From positions 3,729,782 to 3,793,781 of the forward strand of contig OZ241372.1 of assembly GCA_965199695.1 (NCBI GenBank): DNA of 64,000 nt, in the 5' to 3' direction. A model generated the notes under the pieces. That model did no database searches. It was not told the origin of the DNA and worked only from the letters and a program-made list of their open reading frames with translations. The DNA is from Anaerolineae bacterium (lineage in GTDB: Bacteria; Chloroflexota; Anaerolineae; 4572-78). A program made the translations under genes and the position numbers. Below, in pieces: positions 29,591 to 38,664 of this stretch. How positions within the stretch are numbered: the first letter of the stretch is position 1; each line of letters begins with the position of its first letter.

Positions 29591-30736
29591 ATGCTCAATT
29601 ATCAAGACCGTTTGACAAAGACCCAAGCTCAGATGAGAGAACAAGGGATTAATTTATTGTTCTTGCCGCGTTCCGCCAACTTAAATTATCTGACGGGTCT
29701 TCCACGAGATGAACCAAATTTTGGCAACGCGATCTTTCCGGGCGAATGGTTAACGGGTGCTTGGATTCCACAAGAGGGTGCGCCGATTCTAACCTTGCCC
29801 AGAATGTTGGCTGAATTTCACCTCGGTGAAGTGACTGGCTATGATATCCGCATTCTGCCTGATGCGGGGGATCCCATTCAATTGGTCAAAGATGTGCTTA
29901 AGCAGTTTGCTCTGCCAAGACCAGCCAAAGTAGCCCTTGAAGACCGGGCTTGGGTTGAATCAGTCCTCAATCTCCAACGTTTGCTCCCAGACCTTGAGTT
30001 CAGCCAAGCTTCGGCCATCTTAATGCCCCTCCGCGTCATCAAAGATGAGGCAGAGATTGCGGTGATGAAAAAAGCGGGCCAAATCACCGAAGCGGCCTAT
30101 CAAGCGAGCTTGGGCCAACTCCGACATGGCATGACCAATCTGGACTTGATCACCGAAGTCAATTATCAGATCAAAAAACAGGGGGGATTCACCAATTCAT
30201 TTGTGACGGGCTTTTACAATATGGGTAAAAATTACCCCTTCGATTTTCATAATCGAGAAGAGGTGTTACTGGTGCCACTTGAACCACCTGTTGCAGTTTC
30301 TTATGATATGGGAGCGGCTTATGAAGACTATTGCTATGACTATGGCCGCTCCGTCTTTTTTGGGGAGCCGGACGCGGAATATCATCGCTGTTATCAATTG
30401 GTGATGGATGCCCAAGCAGCGGGTATTGCTGCCCTCAAAATGGGTAACACTTGCGAGCAAGCCGATGCTGCTGCCAGAGATGTGATCACGGCAGGCGGGT
30501 ATGGTGAAGCCTTCCGCCATCGTCTAGGGCATGCCATTGGCTTGGATGTCCATGAAACTCCTTTCTTAACCGCTGGCGATGCCACCGCACTCCGTCTTGG
30601 CATGTGTTTCACCGCCGAACCAAGTATCTTCATTCCCCACCACCTTGGGGCGAGAGTAGAAGATGTGATCGTTGTCGGGGAAAATGACGGCGAGGCTCTT
30701 ACCAATGGCTTTCAACCCTTGCATATTGTGGATTAA
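29591..30736 (+). CDS. M24 family metallopeptidase (Xaa-Pro dipeptidase/aminopeptidase-like)
   Basis: M24 motif HRLGHAIGLDVHE and conserved metal ligands. Confidence 0.85.
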   Translation: MLNYQDRLTKTQAQMREQGINLLFLPRSANLNYLTGLPRDEPNFGNAIFPGEWLTGAWIPQEGAPILTLPRMLAEFHLGEVTGYDIRILPDAGDPIQLVKDVLKQFALPRPAKVALEDRAWVESVLNLQRLLPDLEFSQASAILMPLRVIKDEAEIAVMKKAGQITEAAYQASLGQLRHGMTNLDLITEVNYQIKKQGGFTNSFVTGFYNMGKNYPFDFHNREEVLLVPLEPPVAVSYDMGAAYEDYCYDYGRSVFFGEPDAEYHRCYQLVMDAQAAGIAALKMGNTCEQADAAARDVITAGGYGEAFRHRLGHAIGLDVHETPFLTAGDATALRLGMCFTAEPSIFIPHHLGARVEDVIVVGENDGEALTNGFQPLHIVD

Positions 30737-30929
30737 ACATGGAGATATTAATGATATAGGAATTGATTTGCCATTGCTTGCAAATTCATTTATCATTTAG
30801 GTTAGATAGTTGATTGAGCCCAGCGACGAATTTTCACCCCGACAGTCAACCCATCACGACAGTCATCTCGTCAAGGTCCGCCCCTACGTGCAACGCCCTG
30901 ACAAAAACCGCGTGTAAAGGAGACTATTC

Positions 30930-33071
30930 ATGGCTAAGAGCAATGTTAATGTCAGCGAAGTGTTCGAGACAGCCAACCAAGTGATTGCTGAAACCGATAC
31001 AGCTGTCAAAGCTTTGACGACCCAAGCTGATCAAGTCAGTCTTTTAAGCAAGATGACTGGCTTTGGCAAACGGATTAATGTTCCCCCCGACGAAGTGCAT
31101 TATGTGGTTGGGCATGGCCTCCATTGGATGAAGGCTGCTACCGAGGGCATGATTTTTGGTAAAGCAGCTAAACAGCCAACCATTTATTGGCTCAACAGCT
31201 TAACTCAGGTGGTGAAGCTTAAAACGATTAGTTTTACGGTTAATCTGCATGGGGTAGATGGTCTAGGCATCAAAGCCCTCGACGAGGCAAATGTGCCATT
31301 TACCCTGAAAGCCCATGCCGTTGCCTCGCTGACGACGAGCGACCCGCAATTTGTGGAAGCGGCTGCAGAACAAGTCGGCGTGGATATTGAAAATCTGATT
31401 ATCACGATTACGCAGGTTGGGACGACGCAGCTCATCAATGCGGCGGCGAAAATGACCCTGCAAGATATCATTGGCAGTCGGCAGAAACTAGCCGAAGATG
31501 CGTATAGTGAAGTTAACAAAGTTCTCGAGGGGCTTGGTTACAGCCTTAAGCTGTTAACCATTACAGACCTTGGCGGTGAAGCTTATGAGGAAATGATCCG
31601 CCAAGCGACAGCGACGGCCCTGCAAGAAACGACGGTCAAAACAAACGCGGCGGAACTTGAGACTCAACGCAATAATGAAGAGCGGGAACGGGAAGAAAAG
31701 GAAATCGCCTCTAAAACGCAACAGGCAGTTTACAGAGCCGAGTTAGCGCAAGAGAAGGCAGAATTAGAGAAAAATGAAGAAATTGCTGCCGAACAGCATC
31801 GTTTGGAAATTGAAAGTATTGGTCGGTCTCAGACACTGGCCGGTCGCCAGAATGAGCAAACGATGGCCCAATTGGCTCTACAGAAAAAGCAAAGCGAGGT
31901 TCAAGTTGAAAATGATGCCGCGATTGCTCTCAAAGAAGCAGAGGCTGCGGCTGATAAAGAAGCCTTGCAGGCGCAACGTGAAGATCAGTTAGCGAAAGAG
32001 CGACAAGAACGACAGGCCGCCATTGATTTGGCCAGGACTGAGACTGAACAGGAGCGTTTGGCCGCCGAGCAAGCTAAAACCATTGAGCGTGACAATGAGC
32101 TTGCTAGAGCCGAGGCTGAACGGACGCAAGAGGTGGCAAATATTCGGGCTGATCAAGAGGCGGCTGTCGCTCGGACGAGAGCGCAGGCGGAAGCAGATGC
32201 GACGCGGACGAAAGCGCAGGCGGAGGCAGATGCGGCCTTGACCAAGGCTAAAGCGGAAGCGGAGGCGAATAAGGAAAAGGCCTCTGCCGCAGAGGCTCTG
32301 GCAGAGGCGGGTAAACTCGAAGCTGAAGCCCTCCAGGCCCAAGAGGCAGCCTCTGGTTTGGCCACAGCAGAAGTCTCTGCGCGACAGGTGGAGATTGATG
32401 CCGCCCGGGTTGAAGTGACCCGCAATGAAGGGTTAGCGCAGGCAGAAGTCACAAAAGCCCAAGCTGAAGCTGAGTTAGCGGTGGAGCAGTTCAAAGCCAA
32501 ACTGTATGAGCAGGCTCCTGTTTTGGTCGAAATTGAGCAATTGCAAATGCGCTACCAACATGCCCAGCACATTACCACCATCGAAGCAAATGCTCGCCTA
32601 GATGCGCTGAGAGCCATTGCCCCCCAACTTAACTTGAACGCTAATCTTGTCGGTAGCGGCGGTCAATTAGGCACCGTTTTAGCCCAAGTACTCAATCTGA
32701 TCAACGGGACTCAAATTTTGACTCAGGAACTCCCGGCCCTGCAAGGAATACTCGGCCATGGCTTTGATAACCCTGACAATGGTGATTTCGGTCAGATTAT
32801 TAGCAAGGTGATTGAACAGGCCAAACCCTACTTGACTCAAATCGCTGATAATGTACAACCGCGTATGGTGGCCTCCTTGACCGTGAGCGATTTCCTCAAT
32901 GAGCTTGGGACTGTGGCGAGCGGTGAAACCTCCGTCCTTGAAGCAGTCGAAAACATCCGCCAGGCAGGCGCTTTCCGTGTGCTGGGCGATATTCCCGTCG
33001 GCCAAATTTTGCAACCGCTGGGCGGATTGCTCAACAATCATCGTCAGGAGGCTGAGGCTAAGTCTAAATAG
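30930..33071 (+). CDS. SPFH/flotillin-like protein with very long Ala/Glu-rich coiled coil, no obvious TM
   Basis: N-terminal band-7-like domain (aa ~90-240), then ~250 aa of AEAxA heptad-like repeats and a flotillin-type C-terminus. Confidence 0.65.
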   Translation: MAKSNVNVSEVFETANQVIAETDTAVKALTTQADQVSLLSKMTGFGKRINVPPDEVHYVVGHGLHWMKAATEGMIFGKAAKQPTIYWLNSLTQVVKLKTISFTVNLHGVDGLGIKALDEANVPFTLKAHAVASLTTSDPQFVEAAAEQVGVDIENLIITITQVGTTQLINAAAKMTLQDIIGSRQKLAEDAYSEVNKVLEGLGYSLKLLTITDLGGEAYEEMIRQATATALQETTVKTNAAELETQRNNEEREREEKEIASKTQQAVYRAELAQEKAELEKNEEIAAEQHRLEIESIGRSQTLAGRQNEQTMAQLALQKKQSEVQVENDAAIALKEAEAAADKEALQAQREDQLAKERQERQAAIDLARTETEQERLAAEQAKTIERDNELARAEAERTQEVANIRADQEAAVARTRAQAEADATRTKAQAEADAALTKAKAEAEANKEKASAAEALAEAGKLEAEALQAQEAASGLATAEVSARQVEIDAARVEVTRNEGLAQAEVTKAQAEAELAVEQFKAKLYEQAPVLVEIEQLQMRYQHAQHITTIEANARLDALRAIAPQLNLNANLVGSGGQLGTVLAQVLNLINGTQILTQELPALQGILGHGFDNPDNGDFGQIISKVIEQAKPYLTQIADNVQPRMVASLTVSDFLNELGTVASGETSVLEAVENIRQAGAFRVLGDIPVGQILQPLGGLLNNHRQEAEAKSK

Positions 33072-33258
33072 GGATAATCTTCGAACATGATTTATCCACA
33101 GATTTCGCAGATGACGCAGATTTTTTGTCCGGAGAGTAAAGAGGCGCCAATAGAAGATGATGAAAAACGGATTACGAATGAAACGAATAGACGAATGGCC
33201 CGAATTTTTTAAATATTTGTGAAATTCGTCCCTTCGTAAAATTCGTGAGATGGCGCTA

Positions 33259-33285
33259 ATTGTTAATTGATATTTCCAGAGGAGA
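33259..33285. promoter_or_regulatory. 27-nt conserved 5' element ATTGTTAATTGATATTTCCAGAGGAGA, second copy at 36118-36143
   Basis: 26/27 nt identical upstream of the desaturase and GT5 start codons. Includes the GAGGAG SD. Confidence 0.6.
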
Positions 33286-33291
33286 CAAACG

Positions 33292-34320
33292 ATGACCCGT
33301 GAACAGTTTTATCAACCTAAGCATAGCAAAAAAGTTAATTGGTATAGAGTCCCCGTAGACCGGGAAACTCTCAAAGCCCTACATCAACGAAGTGACTGGC
33401 AAGGCCTGCGCCAGATACTCGGCCATGTCGGACTGGTCTTGCTCACTGGCAGTGCCGCTTGGTATGCAGCTGAACGATTGCCCTGGCCCATCCTACTGCT
33501 TATTCTACTTTTACATGGTATGTTTTATGTCTTTCTCTTCAATGGTTCCCATGAGCTTTCGCATTATACAGTTTTTAAGACCAAGGCGTTGAACACCTTT
33601 TTTCTCTACACCTTCTGTTTTTTTGTCTGGCGGAGCCATGTTCTCTTTTCAACCAGCCATGCCGAACACCATAAATATACCCTCCACCCGCCAGATGATC
33701 TGGAGGTGGAATTGCCCCTGGAACTGAGCCTTAAAGGATTTCTTAGAAATGCCATCGTAGATCCTTGGCTATGTTACAGTACCATCAAAGCCACCATTCG
33801 TCTTAGCCTTGGTAAACTCGAAGGCGAATGGGAGCATTCTCTGTTCCCTGAATCAGAGACGACTAAACGCAAAAAGTTATTCGCCTGGGCCCGTGTTTTA
33901 CTCGTTGGTCACGCCTTGATTATCGGTCTCTCCATCTATTTTGGTTGGTGGATGTTACCTGTTTTAACGACCTTTGCCCCCTTCTATGGCGGTTGGCTAC
34001 GCTATCTCTGCAATAATACCCAACATGTGGGCCTACAAGACAACGTGCCTGATTTTCGCCTTTGCTGCCGCACGATGATTTTGAGTCCCTTCGTCAGCTT
34101 TCTCTATTGGCACATGAATTATCACATAGAACACCATATGTATCCCGGTGTGCCTTGCTATAACTTGGCTAAACTCCATGAGGCGATCAAACCTGAGATG
34201 CCTGAGTGTCCAGTCGGTCTTTATGAAGCTTGGCGCGAGATTGTGGATATTTTGAGGAAACAGGAGGTAGACCCGACCTATCAGTACGCGCCCGAGTTGC
34301 CGAGGCAGGCGATAGCGTGA
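33292..34320 (+). CDS. membrane fatty-acid desaturase
   Basis: Three His boxes: HELSH, HAEHH, HIEHH. Confidence 0.85.
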   Translation: MTREQFYQPKHSKKVNWYRVPVDRETLKALHQRSDWQGLRQILGHVGLVLLTGSAAWYAAERLPWPILLLILLLHGMFYVFLFNGSHELSHYTVFKTKALNTFFLYTFCFFVWRSHVLFSTSHAEHHKYTLHPPDDLEVELPLELSLKGFLRNAIVDPWLCYSTIKATIRLSLGKLEGEWEHSLFPESETTKRKKLFAWARVLLVGHALIIGLSIYFGWWMLPVLTTFAPFYGGWLRYLCNNTQHVGLQDNVPDFRLCCRTMILSPFVSFLYWHMNYHIEHHMYPGVPCYNLAKLHEAIKPEMPECPVGLYEAWREIVDILRKQEVDPTYQYAPELPRQAIA

Positions 34321-34328
34321 GAGGGCAA

Positions 34329-34487
34329 CGATGCGTAGACAAAACCTTTCAACGACGTTATTTCTATTGCCAATCAGCTTACTTGGACACGCGACCCCTT
34401 TGATCGCATTCTCGTGGCACAGGCTAGTTTGAATGATGACATCTTGATTACGAGTGATCAAGAAATTCGCCCCCATTATCCTCAGGC
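34329..34487 (+). pseudogene. C-terminal remnant of a VapC-family PIN toxin
   Basis: Translates to ...TRDPFDRILVAQASLNDDILITSDQEIRPHYPQARW*, the characteristic PIN-toxin C-terminus. The reading frame opens immediately after the desaturase stop and there is no N-terminal half. Confidence 0.5.
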
Positions 34488-35448
34488 AAGATGGTAAATA
34501 TCAGTCATCAATCAATATGGCAGCACGATCTTTTTGCCGAATCCATCACGCCCAAATACAGCTCATGAAAATAACGAAGCGCGTGTTCCGAAATATTATG
34601 TGCGTTCGAATCGGTGATGTACTAACCCTGTTTGAAGCCGAGCTCTTTCATCCCGCGTTGAATATTTTCGCACAGAGCCTTATCCTCTGGGCCAAGGGTC
34701 TCTCTACTCCACTCAGACCGCAGACGGCTGCGGCGTGGTGCAATCTGGGTCTGGCCATTCAGCCGGTCGCAGCAAGGTCGTGGTGCGCGTTGTTTGGTCG
34801 GGCGAAAACGGATCAAAACGCGAAATGTAGAGATTGTGCCATATTACTTCTCTCCATTTGGGAGGTTCCTTGGATCAGTTCAAATTAGGATGGCTTGATG
34901 ATTTTTCTGACTTCAAAGTTCAGATGAAAAATCTGCCACAAATTTTTTGATTAAAATTCGTGAAATTTGGGTTAATTGTGGCTAAAATATTTCAACTGCG
35001 TAACTTCTAAATATATTTTGTTAATTACTATTAGTAACGTATCTTTAGAGGATAGGGATGATCAGGCATTGATTTATGATTACCTTACTAATTCTTCATT
35101 CAACACGCCAGGTAGGGTAAATCTATCAGCTTTCTTGTTTTTAGACAGTAAAAAAGCTATTTTAAGTGCTAGTATATCAGCTTAAAGGTGGACAAAAGAG
35201 ATAAGCGTATACATAATCAGGTTAAGAAGGAAAAAGTTTTATGTATTTACTAGAGGCTTTTTTGATTGATTACCTAATTTGGATCTGATTCGATCTAGTT
35301 TGTGAATTGGATTTGTTGATTTCTAAATTGATGGTTTCTAAATTTTTGAATCCAATTTTCAAGTCCAAAAAACCTCATGAAATGACCGAGTCAAATTTTT
35401 TTGGATTGACTCTAATTTTTCTTCGCCCAAGTTTTGTGGGATTAAATT

Positions 35449-36042
35449 ATGAACATTAAAATGAATAACAAAAAAATATCTTTATGGTGGTTTATTTTTG
35501 TAGCATTATTATTTTGGTTATTGTTTAGTGAATCTAAATCTAAAATTGGAATTGAGGTTGAGGTTCAAGAAACTTCAACTTTTGCTACTACAGCAACGTC
35601 TAGTTCTTTTGTACCCTTCGAGTGTTCAGAAGAAGTTTTTCTTGAAAGGCTTAATCTTCATATTGGAAGGGGTTACATTGTTTCTGCTTCTCTTACGCCC
35701 ACCAATATCATCTTAAATGAGGACTTTGTTCCGTTTGATTATTTGGCGTATAAATGGGCTGGTGAAAACAGCCTAAAGCTTTATCGTGATTTTGATTGTC
35801 TTGATGAGCTTACTTTCATCATCCCTTATGCAGGCGATAACTATATTATTTCTACAACCCGTGCTACTTTAGAAGATTACTTAGGCGTTTCAATAGCTGA
35901 TTTGAGAAATGTAGATGTTTGGGAGAGTGATGAAAGATATAATCTCTTTCGTGGGGTCAAAAGGCCGTGCAGATTCGGGGAGAAATTTGGAACCAAGCAG
36001 GTCTATGATGCTTCTTTGTCTGGTCGGTTAGTTTGTAAGTAG
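35449..36042 (+). CDS. hypothetical secreted/anchored protein in a low-GC island
   Basis: N-terminal hydrophobic segment, very AT-rich codon usage unlike its neighbours, no recognised family. Confidence 0.5.
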   Translation: MNIKMNNKKISLWWFIFVALLFWLLFSESKSKIGIEVEVQETSTFATTATSSSFVPFECSEEVFLERLNLHIGRGYIVSASLTPTNIILNEDFVPFDYLAYKWAGENSLKLYRDFDCLDELTFIIPYAGDNYIISTTRATLEDYLGVSIADLRNVDVWESDERYNLFRGVKRPCRFGEKFGTKQVYDASLSGRLVCK

Positions 36043-36149
36043 ACTATTTTTAAGCCCTTGTAGAGGCTCAAGTATAAAACCCCCAGACCTGCTATATACC
36101 CTTCTAAAACAGCCCGTATTGTTAATTGATATTTTCAGAGGAGAACGAT

Positions 36150-37997
36150 ATGTCATCTAAAACGCCCTTACGGATTGCCATGCCTGCCTGGGAGATTGGT
36201 CGGGTGGGGACGGGCCTGGGCGCAAAAGTAGGCGGCTTGGCGGTGGTGGTGGAAGAACTGCCCCAAGCCTTGCTCAATGCCGCGGCCAAGCAAGGGATTG
36301 ACTTGGAAATTGAATTACTCACCCCTTGTTTTGCCCATTACGATAAAAGCAAATTGACCAAGCTGGCTGTGACGATGCCTGTGACCTTGGATGAGCATAC
36401 CTTTTCCTTTGAGGTTTATAAACACACCTTTCCTGACGGGGTTACCGCTGTTTATTTCTGGGATGAGTGGCAGTTAGGCTGGACCAACTCAAGCGCGATT
36501 TATCCCCATGATCTCAACATGGCTATGTATCTTTTTGCCGCTGTGTCGCAAGCGATGGCGGGTTATATTCGCCAAGGTAGTTTTGATACCATTCACAGCC
36601 ATGATTATCACGTCGGCCTGATTCCCTTTTATCTTGGTGACGATTATCTGGCCCAAGTGCCGCATCACTTCACCATTCATAATGCCAGCTACCAAGGTAT
36701 TTATGCCGCTCATCAACGGGGTTATGAAGTTTTGGCCAGTCTCAATTTATCTGGGGCAGGTCTCTTCCATAAATATTTTGACTTTTTCGATAACCTCAAT
36801 TTTATGAAAGCAAGCATGATTAAAATCCATGAAACGGGCGGGAAGATTACCACGGTCAGCGGAGATTTGACAGCCAGTTGGGGCTACGCCGCTGAATTGA
36901 GAGAAAGCGGGGAGAGCGTTTATCAGCGAGCGATGGCCCAAAAGGGGGGGCAACCTGCGGGTGAAGTTTTTGTGCCTAATCGCCATTTAGATATTTTTGA
37001 ACAGTTGCCGATTATCGGCATCACTAATGGCATGAGCCCAGGCAATCGCCCTGAAAATCTGCCTCAACTTAAAGCCAGTGTACTGCAAAGCATACAAGCA
37101 CAGCAACCTGAGGGACAACCTCTGTTTCAGCATCCCTTTGTGCAAGCGGCGATGTTAACTGAGGATCATAATTTTGACGTAGAACATACAGCAGTTAAAG
37201 CAGATTTAAAGCGGCTCTTGCATTTAGAAGCCTTTGGCACAGAACCGATGTACGACCCAATTTTGATCACCGTCGTCGGACGGCTCGTGGCCCAAAAGAA
37301 TCTGAGCTTGATCGGTGATATCATTGAGCGCACCTTAGCTTATGATGCGGGGGTCAAATTCATCATGCTCGCCTCAGCCTCTTCCGGCGACAGCGAGGGC
37401 CAAGCCACGGAGAGCCATTTCTTTTGGTTAGCCAGTCAACATCCCCACTGCGTTTATTTCAACAATAGTTTTAATCTGCCGCTCTCCAAACTTATTTTGG
37501 CGGGAGGCGACTTTAACCTCATTCCTTCCCGCTTTGAACCCTGCGGATTGGTTGATTATGAAGCCTCTTTGTTGGGCAATATTGTCATTGGTCGTCGCAC
37601 TGGGGGTTTGCCTAAAGTGGCCCACTGCGCTTACCTCTATGATTGGCTCGACATCAGTGATCGCCTTGGCGAAGCAGCTACCTTTTTTGAGCAAATCAAA
37701 GCCGCTATTGATACCTATCGCCATGCCCCAGCCCATCATCACCATTTACTCAAAACGGCCATGGCGGTGGATGCTGCTTGGGATCAGTCGGCGGCCCAAT
37801 ATATTCAGATGTATCGTTACGGCTTATTAATGAAACGGTGGCGGATTGAGCGTGAACAAATTCAGCAGCGGGTGGACCAATTTATCCAAGCCGTTCACAC
37901 AGAGGATGATCTCTTTGGTGATTTTTATCAACCTCTTTGGGGCGATGGCTTGGATTGGTTTTTGAAAGAGCGATTGATGAGTAAAGTAGCAAGGTAG
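36150..37997 (+). CDS. glycogen/starch synthase-like GT5 glycosyltransferase
   Basis: GlgA motifs KVGGLAVV, HSHDYH, HNASYQG and PSRFEPCGL...TGGL. ATG 36150 after GAGGAG; the track's TTG at 36126 lies inside the conserved element. Confidence 0.75.
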   Translation: MSSKTPLRIAMPAWEIGRVGTGLGAKVGGLAVVVEELPQALLNAAAKQGIDLEIELLTPCFAHYDKSKLTKLAVTMPVTLDEHTFSFEVYKHTFPDGVTAVYFWDEWQLGWTNSSAIYPHDLNMAMYLFAAVSQAMAGYIRQGSFDTIHSHDYHVGLIPFYLGDDYLAQVPHHFTIHNASYQGIYAAHQRGYEVLASLNLSGAGLFHKYFDFFDNLNFMKASMIKIHETGGKITTVSGDLTASWGYAAELRESGESVYQRAMAQKGGQPAGEVFVPNRHLDIFEQLPIIGITNGMSPGNRPENLPQLKASVLQSIQAQQPEGQPLFQHPFVQAAMLTEDHNFDVEHTAVKADLKRLLHLEAFGTEPMYDPILITVVGRLVAQKNLSLIGDIIERTLAYDAGVKFIMLASASSGDSEGQATESHFFWLASQHPHCVYFNNSFNLPLSKLILAGGDFNLIPSRFEPCGLVDYEASLLGNIVIGRRTGGLPKVAHCAYLYDWLDISDRLGEAATFFEQIKAAIDTYRHAPAHHHHLLKTAMAVDAAWDQSAAQYIQMYRYGLLMKRWRIEREQIQQRVDQFIQAVHTEDDLFGDFYQPLWGDGLDWFLKERLMSKVAR

Positions 37998-38447
37998 CAA
38001 GGTCAATGGCGTTAAGTGAAGTCCCCCTCTAGCTCCCCTTTTAGGGATAGGTGTTAAGCAGGAGAGCAGGCGGAAGAAGATGGTGAAGGCAAAGAAAGGG
38101 GAAGGAAACGGCCTAAAGGAAGGGAAAGGCCAGAGAGCAGAGAAGAAAGGCTAGTAAGGATGCCGCGACGAAAACAACTGAGGAGGCGAGGTTGAGAAGT
38201 GCGCCGTGGACGACGAAGGGCCATATGCTTAGACGGCAAAGTATCCTTAGCCTCAGAGCCAACACTGACCCCCCAAAGGATGACCACAGCAATAGCTAGC
38301 CAGAGAAGTTCAGCCCGTTTGGGATCAGTCATCTGCGTCAGATGCCACTGCCAGCCACCGCGGGTGGTTTGCTTGAAACCGCATTCAATGCAATACTGTT
38401 AGCGAATAGGTCTAGTGATTGAACTTACCAACCAGTTCACACGAAAA

Positions 38448-38489
38448 GTGCGTTGAAACGCACGACAAAGCAACCTGTTGAAACAGGTT
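38448..38489. promoter_or_regulatory. two adjacent perfect palindromes sharing the core GTTGAAAC
   Basis: GTGCGTTGAAACGCAC (38448-38463) and AACCTGTTGAAACAGGTT (38472-38489), about 175 nt upstream of the 38665 gene. Confidence 0.45.
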
Positions 38490-38664
38490 TCGCAGTGTCA
38501 ACGGATATTCGGATACTTTGTTTCCGCACAATGTCCGTTTTTGGGCTCGCCAACAATATCACCTTACCACCCTGCAATGCTGCTACTTGGTTTAATTTGC
38601 TCGACTGCATCACCTGACTATAATGCACAGATATTGCTTGTACAAAGCGTCGATGAGGAATTAG

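Noticed and set aside
32153-32500. Ala/Ser-rich antisense ORFs inside the flotillin gene (also 31989..32342, 32023..32241)
   Set aside because: Low-complexity products of the reverse complement of the GCN-rich coiled-coil coding repeats. They lie fully inside a well-supported gene.
34454-34888. 144-aa plus ORF and 64-aa minus ORF in the AT-rich island
   Set aside because: No domain signal or RBS. Composition is typical of decayed non-coding DNA.
38054-38332. 92-aa minus ORF in the purine-rich gap
   Set aside because: Product is low-complexity (Leu/Ser/Pro from CTT/TCT repeats), with no RBS. The region is better interpreted as non-coding with the palindromic operator-like sites.
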